Shown: positions 13,201 to 26,870, counted from the first letter of the whole stretch. The stretch: 63,051 nucleotides of DNA, filler included, from Octopus bimaculoides (GCF_001194135.2; 6 parts of 6 records of this genome joined end to end with filler, not necessarily neighbours in it), one strand, 5' to 3'. Numbers and translations: made by a program. Notes: a model not told the origin generated them from the sequence alone.

Positions 13201-13416
13201 TGTGCCTTTCTACTATAGGCACAAGGCCTGAAATTCTAGGGGAGAGGACTAGTCGATTAGATCGACTCCAGTACTCAACTGGTGCTTAATTTATTGATTC
13301 CGAAAGGATAAATGGCAAAGTCGACCTCGACGGAATATGAATTCAGAAGAGAACCACGGACGAATTGCCGATAAGCATTTCACCCAACGTGTTAATAATT
13401 CAGTCAGCTCGCCACC

Positions 13417-13420
<4 letters not shown>
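13201..13420 (-). mobile_element. SINE family A, full length, tail type 2, embedded in an (AAT)n array
   Basis: Minus strand AAGGTGGCGAGCTG...CCTATAGTAGAAAGG; (AAT)n at about 13130-13200 and 13418-13478. Confidence 0.85.
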
Positions 13421-13477
<57 letters not shown>

Positions 13478-13478
<1 letters not shown>

Positions 13479-14136
13479 TGGGTGTTTTGGAAATAGATAA
13501 ATTGATGGAGAAAGAAATGACAGAATAATTTAAGGTGGAGTACTTGCGGAGACTGAGACTGATCCTTGAGTCGAAGTTAAACGGACGGAATAAGATCGAA
13601 GCTATCAGCACCTGGGCGGTTTCACTCCTTAGATATGGAGCATGGATAGTAGACGAACTAAAAAGGTTAGACAGAAAGACAAGGAAGTTGCTAACTAGAT
13701 ATGGGTCACTTCACCCAAAAAGTGACACAGACAGACTATGTACCAAGAAAAGGAAGGGGAAGAGGACTTATTGGATGCGAACACAGCATTAGAGCAGAAG
13801 AAAACAACATAGCATGATATGTAAAAAAAATGCCACAGAAACGCTACTATTTGAAATAAGAAGGCCAGGCTTGTGTAGGATGAAAGATTGCAAAGATAAA
13901 GCACTATACAGGAAATTGAAAACGAATGAAACTGAAAATAGATGGGTAAAGAAAAAATTGCATGGTCAATTTCATAGGAATGTTGAAGATAAGACAGACA
14001 AAGAAAAAAGATGGCTGCGGATGACTAAAAACGGAAGCTCTAATCTGTGCTGCCCAAGAGCAAGCACTATGAACAAACTACATAAAATACGGAATACACA
14101 ACACAGCAGAAAGTGCAGAATCTGCGGCCAACAGGA
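13478..14136 (+). mobile_element. Non-LTR retrotransposon relic, R4/Dong-clade-like RT thumb to zinc-knuckle region
   Basis: LGVLEIDK...EYLRRLRLILESKLNGRNKIEAISTWAVSLLRYG...LKRLDRKTRKLL...LHPKSDTDRL; KKLHGQFHR; TEALICAAQEQAL*TNYIKY; KCRICG. Contains stops and frameshifts. Confidence 0.85.
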
Positions 14137-14286
14137 AGAAGAAGAAGATGGAGGAGGAGGAGGAGGAGGTGGTGGTCGTGGTGGTTGTGGTAGTGGTGGT
14201 GGTCATGATAGTGGTGGTGGTTGTGGTGGTGGTCGGTGTTGTGGTGGTTGTGATTGTGGTATAGTATGGTGGTGGTGGTGGTAGTG

Positions 14287-14386
14287 NNNNNNNNNNNNNN
14301 NNNNNNNNNNNNNNNNNNNNNNNNNNNNNNTTAATTAATTAANNNNNNNNNNNNNNNNNNNNNNNNNNNNNNNNNNNNNNNNNNNN
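14287..14386. other. Artificial scaffold join: 44 N + TTAATTAATTAA + 44 N
   Basis: 12-mer with stop codons in all six frames; identical geometry at five sites. Confidence 0.95.
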
Positions 14387-14414
14387 CAGCAGCAGCAGTA
14401 GTAGCAGCAGTCGT

Positions 14415-14498
<84 letters not shown>

Positions 14499-15191
14499 TC
14501 TTACAAATATATTTCTCAGACTTATCATCGGGATAGTCAATTACCTTTCTCATCATTTCTGTTGGCGTCAAAGATAACTGGAAGTAGTGGCATTCATGAG
14601 TTCCTGAAAGCCATCGAGCGGAATAAATGAAAGGAAAACTAAGTCGCTGCTTTTGCTCATTAGCCATGGGCCAGCCACCCACGCAACGATGAAGGTCATA
14701 GTTAATGAAGTCATGTAAAAAAAAATCATAAAGAACATAAAATTGCTCGATGAACCCCAACTAAAATAAATTTAATTAATATCATAAAAGCATTCAATTT
14801 ATTTCATTAGTTTATCCATCCTCCAACCACCGTGTGTTGTTGGGAGAGGGAAGAGGTTACAATCCGTACCTAACCCTTGATTTTTCCTGCGTTAGATGGA
14901 TTAGAGGAATATTTTCAACAGGAAACTTTCTTCTCACAAGTTCTATTACTTTTCCATCTATAAATGAATGTGTTGGGTCAGTGTTGATTGGAGTGCCCAG
15001 CACCAAGGTAATAGCTTCCTTTCGACAAATCTCTATAGTTTAAGGAAAAGGAAACAGGAAGCTGCGATGTTCGTAACTTCCTGGAGGTGATTATCTGTAT
15101 AAAGACGTGATTACGCTTAAATCCATTGAAACAGTCAATAAAATCGCCCACGGCTTGATATTAATATTAATTAATATTTATAACTATTAAC

Positions 15192-15388
15192 AAGGCGACG
15201 AGCTGGCAGATTCATTAACACAACAGGCAAACTGCTAAACAGCATTTCATCCGTCTTTACGTTTTAAGTTCAAATTCCGCTGAGGTTGACTTTGCCTTTC
15301 ATCCTTTTGAGGGCAATAAAATGAGTTGACTCCTGGGATTGATGTAATCCCCGCCGAAATTACTGACCTTGTGCCAAAATTTGAAACC
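15192..15388 (+). mobile_element. SINE family A, tail type 3
   Basis: AAGGCGACGAGCTGGCAGA...GCCTTTCATCCTTT...CCTTGTGCCAAAATTTGAAACC. Confidence 0.85.
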
Positions 15389-17741
15389 GATATTAGTGTA
15401 TAAATTAATTTATATTTTATCAGACAAACATGAACGGTTGAATCAATAGAAATTTGAGCAAAATGCCTTTGTGGTGTTTAGTTCTATTCTTTCATGTTTT
15501 GAGTTCAAATTTGCCGGCCCCAAAGGCTACAAGTCGACAGCACCGAGACAACGAGCACGAAACTGATCATACACAGCAAAAGGCTTTGTAAGGACAACTC
15601 CAACATTTTTTTTACTCTGAAGAAGTGGAAAACTCAAAAATGAAAAAGGGGAAGGGAACCATCGGAGACTTGCCGAGGAAGCAATAAGATCAACAAACAC
15701 CAGTTATGAGAACATCATCAGTTACAGACCCTGGAATGGTAGAGGAAATCATCTTGGGCCTAGTCCTAGAAAATAGCGAACAGACCCCTAACGGTAGTAA
15801 CCAGTAGCATCGTTCGATAGCTGAGTGATGAGAGAAAGCGATAAGGTTGTACAGGAGAGGGTTTGAACTGTCGAGGAAAATACAGAAGGTAGAAATGTCA
15901 AAGAAGAAACAAGAAGGGGCTATGGTCGAATTGGCAAAACGTCGGCTATAATGTTTTGATGTATCTAGTTAGGTTCCTTCACGGCTGGAGTTCCATTCCG
16001 ACCGTGGCTGCCACATTAAAACTTTCATCGTTCCTCCTAAGCTAATAAAATACCAGTTTTCGATTATTCTCGCCTTCATAAGTGTGGCATCGTTCCAATG
16101 TAGCAAAACATGAGAGCGGTGGTTGTTGTTTTTGTCACTTCGGAATGTTTCATTTCACGTAATGTATGTATAAAAGAGCGAAACAACTTTTTACAAGTAA
16201 CGTTCCAAACAAGACATCCATCATATGTCACACAAAATTGACCAGAGCAAAGCAATTTAGCCCAGAAATCATGAAAAACCTGTACAGTTGAGGAAGTTCT
16301 CTGCCCGGCAAATGTAAACATCTCATCGGAAACAAATGGTAAAAATAAAACAATTATAGTCTGTTGCTTCAAAATTTGAAGATATTTATAGTTATTGCAC
16401 ATCTGGTTAGTTTACCAAATGTTTTTTGGCAATAACAATGGAACGTGGCAGTTCTCAGACACAAGAACAAACAACCACTTAAGATGGGTTCTGCAAATTC
16501 TATCTGCAAACGGAGTTTTGTAATATTTATCGCATGCTTCTTCTAAACAATTATTGTTGAAAACTTAAGAAAACGGCTTTAGTTAAAGAACGGCAGCAGC
16601 TTGAGTAAAGATATTTTATGAATTAAATAAACAATAAATATATAAATAAAAAGAAAGAAAATATTATTTACAGATTTATTATTTAGTATCATTGAGAGTA
16701 TAGTGTAGTGAAGTGCTCCCCCCCCTCTCTCTCTCTCTCTCTCAGAACTGGAGTTGGAAGTTTTTCTAAGGAATATCATGCCAAGCGTTCATGAACGGAG
16801 GAGCAAATGTAGATGAAAAAATACGAATTGAAGGTTCAGAAATGAGACTGAATTTCAAACCACACAGACACACACGCAGGCACATACATGCATACAGGCA
16901 AATACATCTGCATATCTAAGCACATTTGTTTTTCTTGCTGGATTTGGAGGACGGGTAGGTGCCAATGGCTTTCACAGACTTTCTTAGACTAGTGGGATTG
17001 GTGCCATTCATGTTCCTCTTGAACCATACAATTCTTGTACTTCCTTGGCCTAAAATATTATACAAACATATGGATGCGGGGGAGGCGGAGGAGTATTTAA
17101 CAATTTCCGCTTGACACTTATCAGTAATCGTTTCTAAACAGTCTTGTGTTGTGTTACGTTAGATGGCAAGTATCTCCATCCATACGTCGGGTAGAGAGTG
17201 TTCCAGCTGCTGTTTTGACGGCGACTGAAAACCTTCGCCATTTTCCAGTATTCATGAATACATAAGCCTGCTCTTTGCCATTGTGGGATGAGGGTGGGGG
17301 CCGGATATACTACTCAGGGTCATTCCTTCCTTCGTTTTTTTGGTTATGTCGAACTTTTATGTTTCGCTGCTGGACACGCAATTAAAATGTGCCATTCTCA
17401 AAAATATTTTGTTCACCTGTGGCTGTAAACATGTGTGTGGGTGTGGGTGTGCGTGCGTGTTTGCATGTGTGTGTGAATGTTGTTGTTGTTGTTGTTATTA
17501 CCCAGGAATCACTCGAAGTGTTTGTCCTAGAGACATTGTTTATCGAAATGTCTTTTTTTTTCTTTTAACACGGGTATCTACCTATCAAGGGTATCTTTTT
17601 TTTTTCTTTCCGTGTTCGACGTTCTTCGTTTTCAGTCTCTTTCTTTCGGTGGCGAGGGGCATGGCTGATATTTCGTGTTGCCATTTTGCCAATGACAAAT
17701 AAACTAATACTGTAAAAGTCACTAATTTAATAAATGGATAT

Positions 17742-18770
<1,029 letters not shown>

Positions 18771-19078
18771 AAACTAAGACTGGTTGGCAGAGAGCAGTGA
18801 AAAGGAAAAAAATAAAGATAAAGAAAGAAAGAAAAAAAGGAGAATGAAAATGGGGAAAAGATGAAAGCGAAGTTTACGCAATAAATGAAAAGATATGAAG
18901 ACGGCAAAGCGAGTCATTTTACCGTTTGGGTTGATATTAAATGTGCTGCATTAATTTTCTGCCGAGATAAAGTCTTTGCCTTCATTCATACCTACCTACT
19001 TTACCTACTTACCTGCCCGCCCTCCCCACCACACACACACAGAGAGGAGCATGCGTGCAGGGGCTTTCTGAAACGTAC

Positions 19079-19157
<79 letters not shown>

Positions 19158-21959
19158 GCATGCATATTCGCTCGTCATCTACAATTATTTCAGTAACTCA
19201 TTGGAATAGCTGATTGATGCTTGCCATTGATTCATTAAGAAATCTGGCAGGTCTCGTAACTGTGTTATCATGGCTGTTATTTTTAAAACTGCCGACGCAT
19301 TCATTCAATCCTCTGCAACGTTGCTATCCTCGCCATAAAACCGTCTCGATGGCAAACGGTGTACTATTACCCTCACATCGCAATAATAGACTAATGGGGT
19401 AACAAGAGAAAGATACCAGTCGAGTCGCTGGCGAACTGATTCGCTCTTTCTTTCTTTCTGCCATCCACAGTTTGTGTGTAATGGCGATAATCTAGCGTGA
19501 TTCGTACCCTTGCAGAGTTTTACTATATACTCATTCACATTTCAATGTAAATCAACACACACTTGTACACACACGTACACTCACTCACTCAGACACACAC
19601 ACACAAACACATGTAAGTACATATATACGTGTATGCATGTATGTATATGTGTATGTACGTATACACAAGCACAAATATGAAGCTGCCAAGCTATACACAC
19701 AGACAAATAAATAGATGGAGAAGTGGATGTCTAGGAGGCTAGCTCTATATGAGAACCCTTGAGAAGGGTTTTACCACAAGACCTGTGAAATGAAAAGTAA
19801 AAGTGGAATAAATACTAAGGAGACAGAAGTGGTTGAAGTGCACGTAGCCATTAATGATGTCATAGACTGTAACGAAGCGACTTTGATAAACTAATTCGAT
19901 TAAGCAATTGAGTGAACAATTGATTGATTATCTAATTGACTGGCATTAAAACTAAAGTGAAACCTAACCAGTGTACGTGCGTTTATTAGCAGCATGACCC
20001 TCCCAAACTACAACAATGTCAGACTCAACACACAGTTTCGCATAACAAATATTTATAGTTGTACCTAATTATTAATTTAAAGCAGATAGGTAATTAAAAG
20101 TTATATCGCACTTCCATAACGTATTTGGTTTGCTAAATAGATAATTATTAGTTTCTAAATTTAAGGTAACGTTTAAAAAAAAAAAACAGGTAGCAAATTA
20201 GTATCAAGAGTAATCTTTAGGCCTATTTCGTTAAATAAGTCTAAGAAATTTTTTTTTTTTTAATAATTTAAATATCGAGAATTTGTACAGCGGGTAATAA
20301 ATAAGTCTATCGTCTCTGTATAACCCACCACTGTAGAATAGATTTATTTTATAATAAGTGTAAAAACTACAAGCCCATATATATTTTTGTGAACTCTATA
20401 CGACCCATTGGTGCATCAAAATAATTAGAGCCATTTTCTTTTTTACTCATAGGCCATTACCGAAATGAATTAATCATCTTCTTGTATGAATGATTATTTT
20501 AATATCAGAATCACGGATTGACATAATTTCTTACGAAAAGTAACGCATTTTTATGCAAATATTGAGCTATTGGAGGGTAAAATTCGATTATATCGAAATG
20601 ATTCAATTTATGATGTTCATCGTTAATGCTATTAGACCAATTATGAACAGAAACCTTGTAAAAGTTAAAAAGGTTGTATGCGGATGATCGTGTCTGAGAT
20701 CTTTTACTAACTCTATCGAACTATTAATTTTATATTACTAATAAAATTCTGCTTTAAATGTAAAATCTACGTAGATCTAAGCATTCAATTCTATTTTGTG
20801 TTTATAATTCGACAGCGATTTCCTTAGTCTCGAAATTAATGAAATTAGACTGAGTGTTATTAGTATGTTATATGTATTAGTATTAATACTAGTATTAGTA
20901 TTACTGATAGACAAAAATCTGCGATCAATATTTATGTTAAATTAAACCAGTTTTATGCGATAGGACAAAAATGGTGTTGGAAGGTGGAAAAATTTTTTTA
21001 ATTATTGTGTAAAATCTGTTGAAAATTGATAATAGTATTTTTGAAGCTTACTCTTCTAATTAAGTTAGAAATCTCTGATTCGAAAAGTTCCTATAACTAA
21101 TTTGATGGGGATAATAAACTCGAACTTGTGAAATAGCAAATGGATGATCTCGTTATGAAAAAAGTAAGTTCCTCATTGAAACAGACACTTGCGACTTCCG
21201 GTGTGTTGGTAATGGAGGCTTCCGATTGGCCAGAATTTCAAAATTTTAAAGGCCTGTAAAATTCTTTCTTATTAATTTCTACAGAAAATAATGTGATTTT
21301 CATTATCTGCAAGTGAAACCACATCGGTCTAGAAAACTTGGAAAAAATGCTGCCGATAGCACTTGTGTGAAGCGAATATATTCTATGGCAGATTGTTAAA
21401 TCTGTTCGCTCGTTGTTGTGTGAGTATTATATTCTACGAGTTAAAAGTGACTATTTAATTCTATAGATTATAGTTTAAAACAGCAGTTACATTAGTGATG
21501 TGTACGAGTTGAAGAAAAAAATTATTCGGTATACATTTTCATAATAAAAGCAACGATTTTAAAAATAGACGTATTGCTCGGTGCAAAATTTACATTTAAT
21601 GTCACAGTATTTACTGAAAATATCATCTGTGTAATCTCCAGGAAATTAGGTGTGGCTGAGTAAGTAATAAGCCAATGGAGAAATAAAAGAAGCCGATAAC
21701 TTTGAAGTAAAAGATTCTGAGCAAACGCAGGTGTCACGTCAGGTTTAGTGTTTGTGTCTCAATATTTTAGATTATATTCTTTATGTTTGAAAATTTGCGG
21801 TGATATTAGAATGACCTCCTAAAACATACAACTATTTTTCTAGATGGAGTTTGCCATTATATTCGAAATTACATTGTACGCGAGTAAATGTGGCATATAT
21901 AAGGTAATAGAGTGGGTATAAGACGATGATGATCATCATCATTACTATTACTATCATAT

Positions 21960-22163
21960 AAGGCGATGAATGGTAGAATCGTTGCAATGCCGAACAAAAT
22001 GCTCTGCAGCATTTCTTCCGACTTTATGCCCTGAATTTAAATGCCACCGTGGTCGACTTTGCCTTTCATCCTTTCGAGGTCTATAACATAAGTACCAGTC
22101 ATGTACTGGGGTTGATGTAATCGACTTGCCCCTTTCCCTAAAATTATGCCTATAGTAGAAAAG
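21960..22163 (+). mobile_element. SINE family A, tail type 2
   Basis: AAGGCGATGAATGGTAGAATCGTT...GGTCGACTTTGCCTTTCATCCTTTCG...GCCTATAGTAGAAAAG; ATT-rich flanks. Confidence 0.85.
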
Positions 22164-22562
22164 ATTATCATTATTATTATTGCTAAAATAGTCTACAGGT
22201 AATTAGATGGCGTTCATTGTGCAGGTAAGGCGATTGAGTGTTTGCAATATGTTCGGCTGAGAATATAAGTAGCAATAAGAGAATCAATTGTTTCTAAGAG
22301 ACTTGACTTTGTGTAACCTCTAACATGAATCTTTTTGTTTTCTTTTTCATTGCTGTTGTTGCTGCTGTGGCTTATCTCCTATTACATGGTCTTCTTATGT
22401 GATTATACACATGAACGTAGATGGGTGAGATTATGACGTCAGAGATAATGAGATAAGAAAAAAAGAAAAATCTTCATTTTAAGTTAGATGATATCAGCTT
22501 AGAAATATGGAACATAAAAATAGACAAAGAATATAGAGATTATGAAATGTGTATATCATATG

Positions 22563-22619
<57 letters not shown>

Positions 22620-22662
22620 TTATATATATATATGTATATATATACATATATATATATATATG

Positions 22663-22718
<56 letters not shown>

Positions 22719-23553
22719 NNNNNNNNNNNNNNNNNNNNNNNNNNNNNNNNNNNNNNNNNNNNNNNNNNNNNNNNNNNNNNNNNNNNNNNNNNNNNNNNNN
22801 NNNNNNNNNNNNNNNNNNNNNNNNNNNNNNNNNNNNNNNNNNNNNNNNNNNNNNNNNNNNNNNNNNNNNNNNNNNNNNNNNNNNNNNNNNNNNNNNNNNN
22901 NNNNNNNNNNNNNNNNNNNNNNNNNNNNNNNNNNNNNNNNNNNNNNNNNNNNNNNNNNNNNNNNNNNNNNNNNNNNNNNNNNNNNNNNNNNNNNNNNNNN
23001 NNNNNNNNNNNNNNNNNNNNNNNNNNNNNNNNNNNNNATATATATATATATATTTACACACACAATAGATAGATAAAGAGTTAAATAGGTGGTTAGATAG
23101 ACAGACAGATACATTGATTGATATATAGAGTTTGATTGATTGGTCAACTGGTTGATTGATCGACTGACTGGTTGATTGATTGATTGATATTGATAGGAAG
23201 CGAGAGGAATAATGGATATCAGATTTATTTGGGTGTCTATGTGCGTGTATGGATATGTGAGGAGTGCCAAGAAGAATACGAAATGCAGAGAAAGGTGAAG
23301 GCAGTTCGTTTCATGTATGTGTACGCGTGCGTGCGTCCGTGTGTGTGTGTGTGTATGTGTGTAGCAAAAGCAAAAACAGAATCCTTTGATAACATATGAT
23401 AAAACCCTTCGTCTGAAGTCACAGACAAGACTGATGGTTGCTGTTAGAACAACCTGATCTATTTATGTTTAAAGCCAGTTGCTGTTACGTCAAAAAACTG
23501 CATTCAACTTCAACACCACTTTATTACTAGAATCAGTAAACAGCTAATTATCT

Positions 23554-23617
<64 letters not shown>

Positions 23618-23717
23618 TTGATCTTTCTTTCTCCTATTCTTTATCTCTCATTCGCTCTCTCTCTCTCACTCACTCTCCATCTCTCTCAACACATACACAC
23701 ACACACACACATACATT

Positions 23718-24110
23718 GCTGGTTTCAGTCTTTGGATGACAGCCGTACTGGCGCACCACCTTCACGGCTTTAGTCGAACAAATCGACCTCAGTACTCATT
23801 TTTAAGCCAGGTACTTCACCTATCGCTCTCTTTCTGCTGAACCGCTGTGTCAGACGGTGATGTGGGACAATCACAAACACAACACACGCACATACACACA
23901 TACATACACACAGACACACACACACACACATACACATATACACACATACAACGACCTTCTTTCAGTTTCCATCTACCAAATCCATTCACAAGGCTTTGGT
24001 CGGCCTAGGGCTATAAGTAGAAGACACTTGCCCAAGGTGCGATACAGTGGGACTGAACCCAAGACCACATGGTTGGGAAGCAAGCTTCTTATCACTCACA
24101 GCCACATCCT
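23718..24110 (-). mobile_element. SINE family B, full length (tRNA head, CORE-like domain, internal CA microsatellite, 3' module)
   Basis: Minus strand GGGTTCAGTCCCACTG (B-box region), CACCTTGGGCAAGTGTCTT (CORE-like), internal (CA)n/(CATA)n. Confidence 0.85.
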
Positions 24111-24151
24111 CGCCTATTACGCCACGTCTGCGCCTGTGACATATATATTAT

Positions 24152-24494
24152 AGGCGGAAGTATGGCTGTGGTAAGAAGCTTGCTTCCCAGCCATATGGTT
24201 CAGGGTTCAGTCCCACTGCCTGGCATCTTAGGTGTCTTCTACTTTGGCCTCGGGCCGACCAAAGCCTTCTGAGTGGATTTGGTGGAAGGAAACGGAAGAA
24301 ACTGAAAGAAACCCAGNNNNNNNNNNNNNNNNNNNNNNNNNNNNNNNNNNNNNNNNNNNNNNNNNNNNNNNNNNNNNNNNNNNNNNNNNNNNNNNNNNNN
24401 NNNNNNNNNNNNNNNNNNNNNNNNNNNNNNNNNNNNNNNNNNNNNNNNNNNNNNNNNNNNNNNNNNNNNNNNNNNNNNNNNNNNNNNNNNNNNN

Positions 24495-24539
<45 letters not shown>

Positions 24540-24730
24540 CATCGCTTGACAACCGGTGTTACTGTGTTTGTTTCCCTGTGACGTAGAGTTCGACAAAAAA
24601 GCCGGATAGAATTTGTACTTGGCTCTAAAAAAAAATAATAAGTCCAGGGGTCGATTTGTTCGACTAAAACCCTTCAAGACGGTGCCCCAGCGTGGCCACA
24701 GTCAAACGACTGAAACAAGTAAAAGATAAG
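24152..24730 (+). mobile_element. SINE family B, full length, gap at the internal microsatellite
   Basis: TGGCTGTGGTAAGAAGCTTGCTTCCC...GGGTTCAGTCCCACTGC...GAAACTGAAAGAA NNN (TG)n CATCGCTTGACAACCGG...GACTGAAACAAGTAAAAGA. Confidence 0.9.
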
Positions 24731-24868
24731 ATCTCAAGGAACATTACAAATACATTATAGAGAAATTATTTGGTCAAAAGGCATTCCTATATCCCCTCCT
24801 CTCTGTTCCCCTTTGTTTCTAACACTGACAATATCAGCCACTTCACCCTCAACTTATTTTTAGAAATC

Positions 24869-24960
24869 TCTCATGATAGAAGGAGTTGCAATGGAGAGAG
24901 TTTAGTGAAGGGTTATCCCTTCACAAGACTCTCTCCATTGCAACTCCTTCTATCATGAGA
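24869..24960. repeat. Near-perfect 92-nt hairpin (33-bp perfect arms plus 8-bp inner stem, TTAT loop)
   Basis: 24869-24901 is the exact reverse complement of 24928-24960; GTGAAGGG/CCCTTCAC inner stem. Confidence 0.95.
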
Positions 24961-25419
24961 AATCGCTTTGTTTCCCCCGTACTTCGTCCTTCTACTGGCT
25001 GCCTTCATATCTCGCCTCATTTCTATTCAGTCATTGTATCGCTTGCACATTTGCCTAATAAACACAACAACCAAAACCCGGCCCGAATACATCAGCTGAC
25101 ATTCTGTTTCTGACTACATTTAAACAGGCATACATTCTTTCATCTGTTGTTTCTTGTTCGTTGCACATCCTACACTTTGCCGATGCCACAGCCCAGCTCC
25201 TAATTTGTGTTATTCACTAATTAATGAACACATTCTTCTTCTTCTTCTTCTTCTTCTTCTTCTTCTTCTTCTTCTTCTTCTTCTTCTTCTTCTTCTTCGT
25301 CGTCGTCGTCGTCGTCGTCGTCAGTGAAGTTGCAAGGTTTGTTTTAGTCGTCGAGGTTGTCCATCTTGGTTGAGGTTTCTAACTTTTTGACATTTATTAT
25401 TATTAATATTATTGTTATT

Positions 25420-25632
25420 AAGGTGGTGAGCTGGCAGAATGGTTAGCACGCCGGGCGAAATGCTTGCCGGCATATCGTCTGTCTTTACGTTCTGAGTTCA
25501 AATTCAACCGAGGTTGACTTTGCTTTTCACCCTTTCGGGGTCGATAAATTAAGTGCCGGTTGAGCACTGAGGTCGATATAATCGACTTAAGACCTCCCCC
25601 AAAATTTCAGGCCCCTGCCTACAATAGAAAGG
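25420..25632 (+). mobile_element. SINE family A, full length, tail type 2
   Basis: AAGGTGGTGAGCTGGCAGAAT...CCCCCAAAATTTCAGGCCC..GCCTACAATAGAAAGG; (ATT)n flanks. Confidence 0.9.
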
Positions 25633-26109
25633 ATTATTATAATTTTCTCCCTTTTTCAAGGCCTTGTGCTTAGAGTAGAAATTACTATTTTTCCCCTCCG
25701 TAACATATTCTGTAATCTGTCTCCTTTTTCTTTTTCTCTTCATTTTCTTTCGTATAAAAAAGTGTTTATTTGTTGTCTCGTTCAACATGAAAATATCAAG
25801 AAGCTTTTTTCGCTCGTTCGTTTATTTTATATTTTCTACAGACGAGCTAAAAAGCTTTAAATATCTCGTCCTAGACCCTTTTTCACTCTGCCATCATCAG
25901 AAGAGTTTCAAAACAGTATTTTATAGAGAAAATTTTCCAAGACAGAATAAAAAATAAAAAAACTATTGTAAGTGGAGAAGAAGACGCTACGATCGAGAAC
26001 CAGGAAACTCTGTTGAGAGAGACACACAGACAGACAGAGAAAGAAAAAGAGAGATACAAAAGTTATTTATAGGAGAGAAAACTAGGTAGAAGAGTTATGC
26101 ATTACAAAC

Positions 26110-26485
26110 TTCCCGTGGCACTCCGTCGGTTACGACGACGCGGGTTCCAGTTGATCCGATCAACGGAACAGCCTGCTCGTGAAATTAACGTGTAAGTGGT
26201 TGAGCACTCCACAGACACGCGTACCCTTAACGTAGTTTTTGGAGAGATTCAGCGTAACACAGAGTGTGACAAGACTGGCCCTTTGGAATACAGGTACAAC
26301 AGAAGCAGGAAAAGAGAAAGTTGTGGTGAAAGAGTACAGCAGAGTTCGCCACCACCTCCTGCCGGAGCCTCGTGGAGTTTTAGGTGTTTTCGCTCAATAA
26401 ACACTCACAACGCCCGGTCTGGGAATCGAAACCGCGATCCTACGTCCGCGAGTCCGCTGCCCTAACCACTGAGCCATTGCACGTC
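26110..26485 (-). mobile_element. SINE family C, full length, 10-bp TSD
   Basis: Minus-strand tRNA-like head TGGCTCAGTGGTTAGGGCAGCGG...GGTTTCGATTCCC; TSD CATTACAAAC at 26100-26109 and 26486-26495. Confidence 0.9.
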
Positions 26486-26633
26486 CATTACAAACGTAAG
26501 CTACATTCCAATGGCGCGGTCAGGATAATTCGACAGTTCATCTCGTCTCACTGACACGAAAACTGGTGTCTGCGGCAAAAACGCTTAATTCTTTACGATT
26601 TAATAAATCATTCAGAAGTCAATAGATGCTACA

Positions 26634-26733
26634 NNNNNNNNNNNNNNNNNNNNNNNNNNNNNNNNNNNNNNNNNNNNTTAATTAATTAANNNNNNNNNNN
26701 NNNNNNNNNNNNNNNNNNNNNNNNNNNNNNNNN
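26634..26733. other. Artificial scaffold join with six-frame stop linker
   Basis: 44 N + TTAATTAATTAA (26678-26689) + 44 N. Confidence 0.95.
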
Positions 26734-26870
26734 TAAAATACGAAATTTTGTTGAAAATGTTGAAAGTAAACCGTGTTCAGCGTGAAAAATTACATCAGTA
26801 TACGAAGTTTCAAACTGTTTAGTTAAAAATAAATATTTAAAAAAATCTGTGAGCTAAACTGAAGAGATCC

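Noticed and set aside
15540-15950. Purine-rich stretch resembling a decayed LINE ORF1
   Set aside because: Multiple stops and no diagnostic motif
21540-21700. Possible pogo/Brinker-type HTH relic (RKLGVAE*VISQWRNK)
   Set aside because: Too short and interrupted to support without a profile search
25870-25915. Minus-strand CTGATGA...GAAA as a third hammerhead
   Set aside because: No credible helix II or helix I pairing
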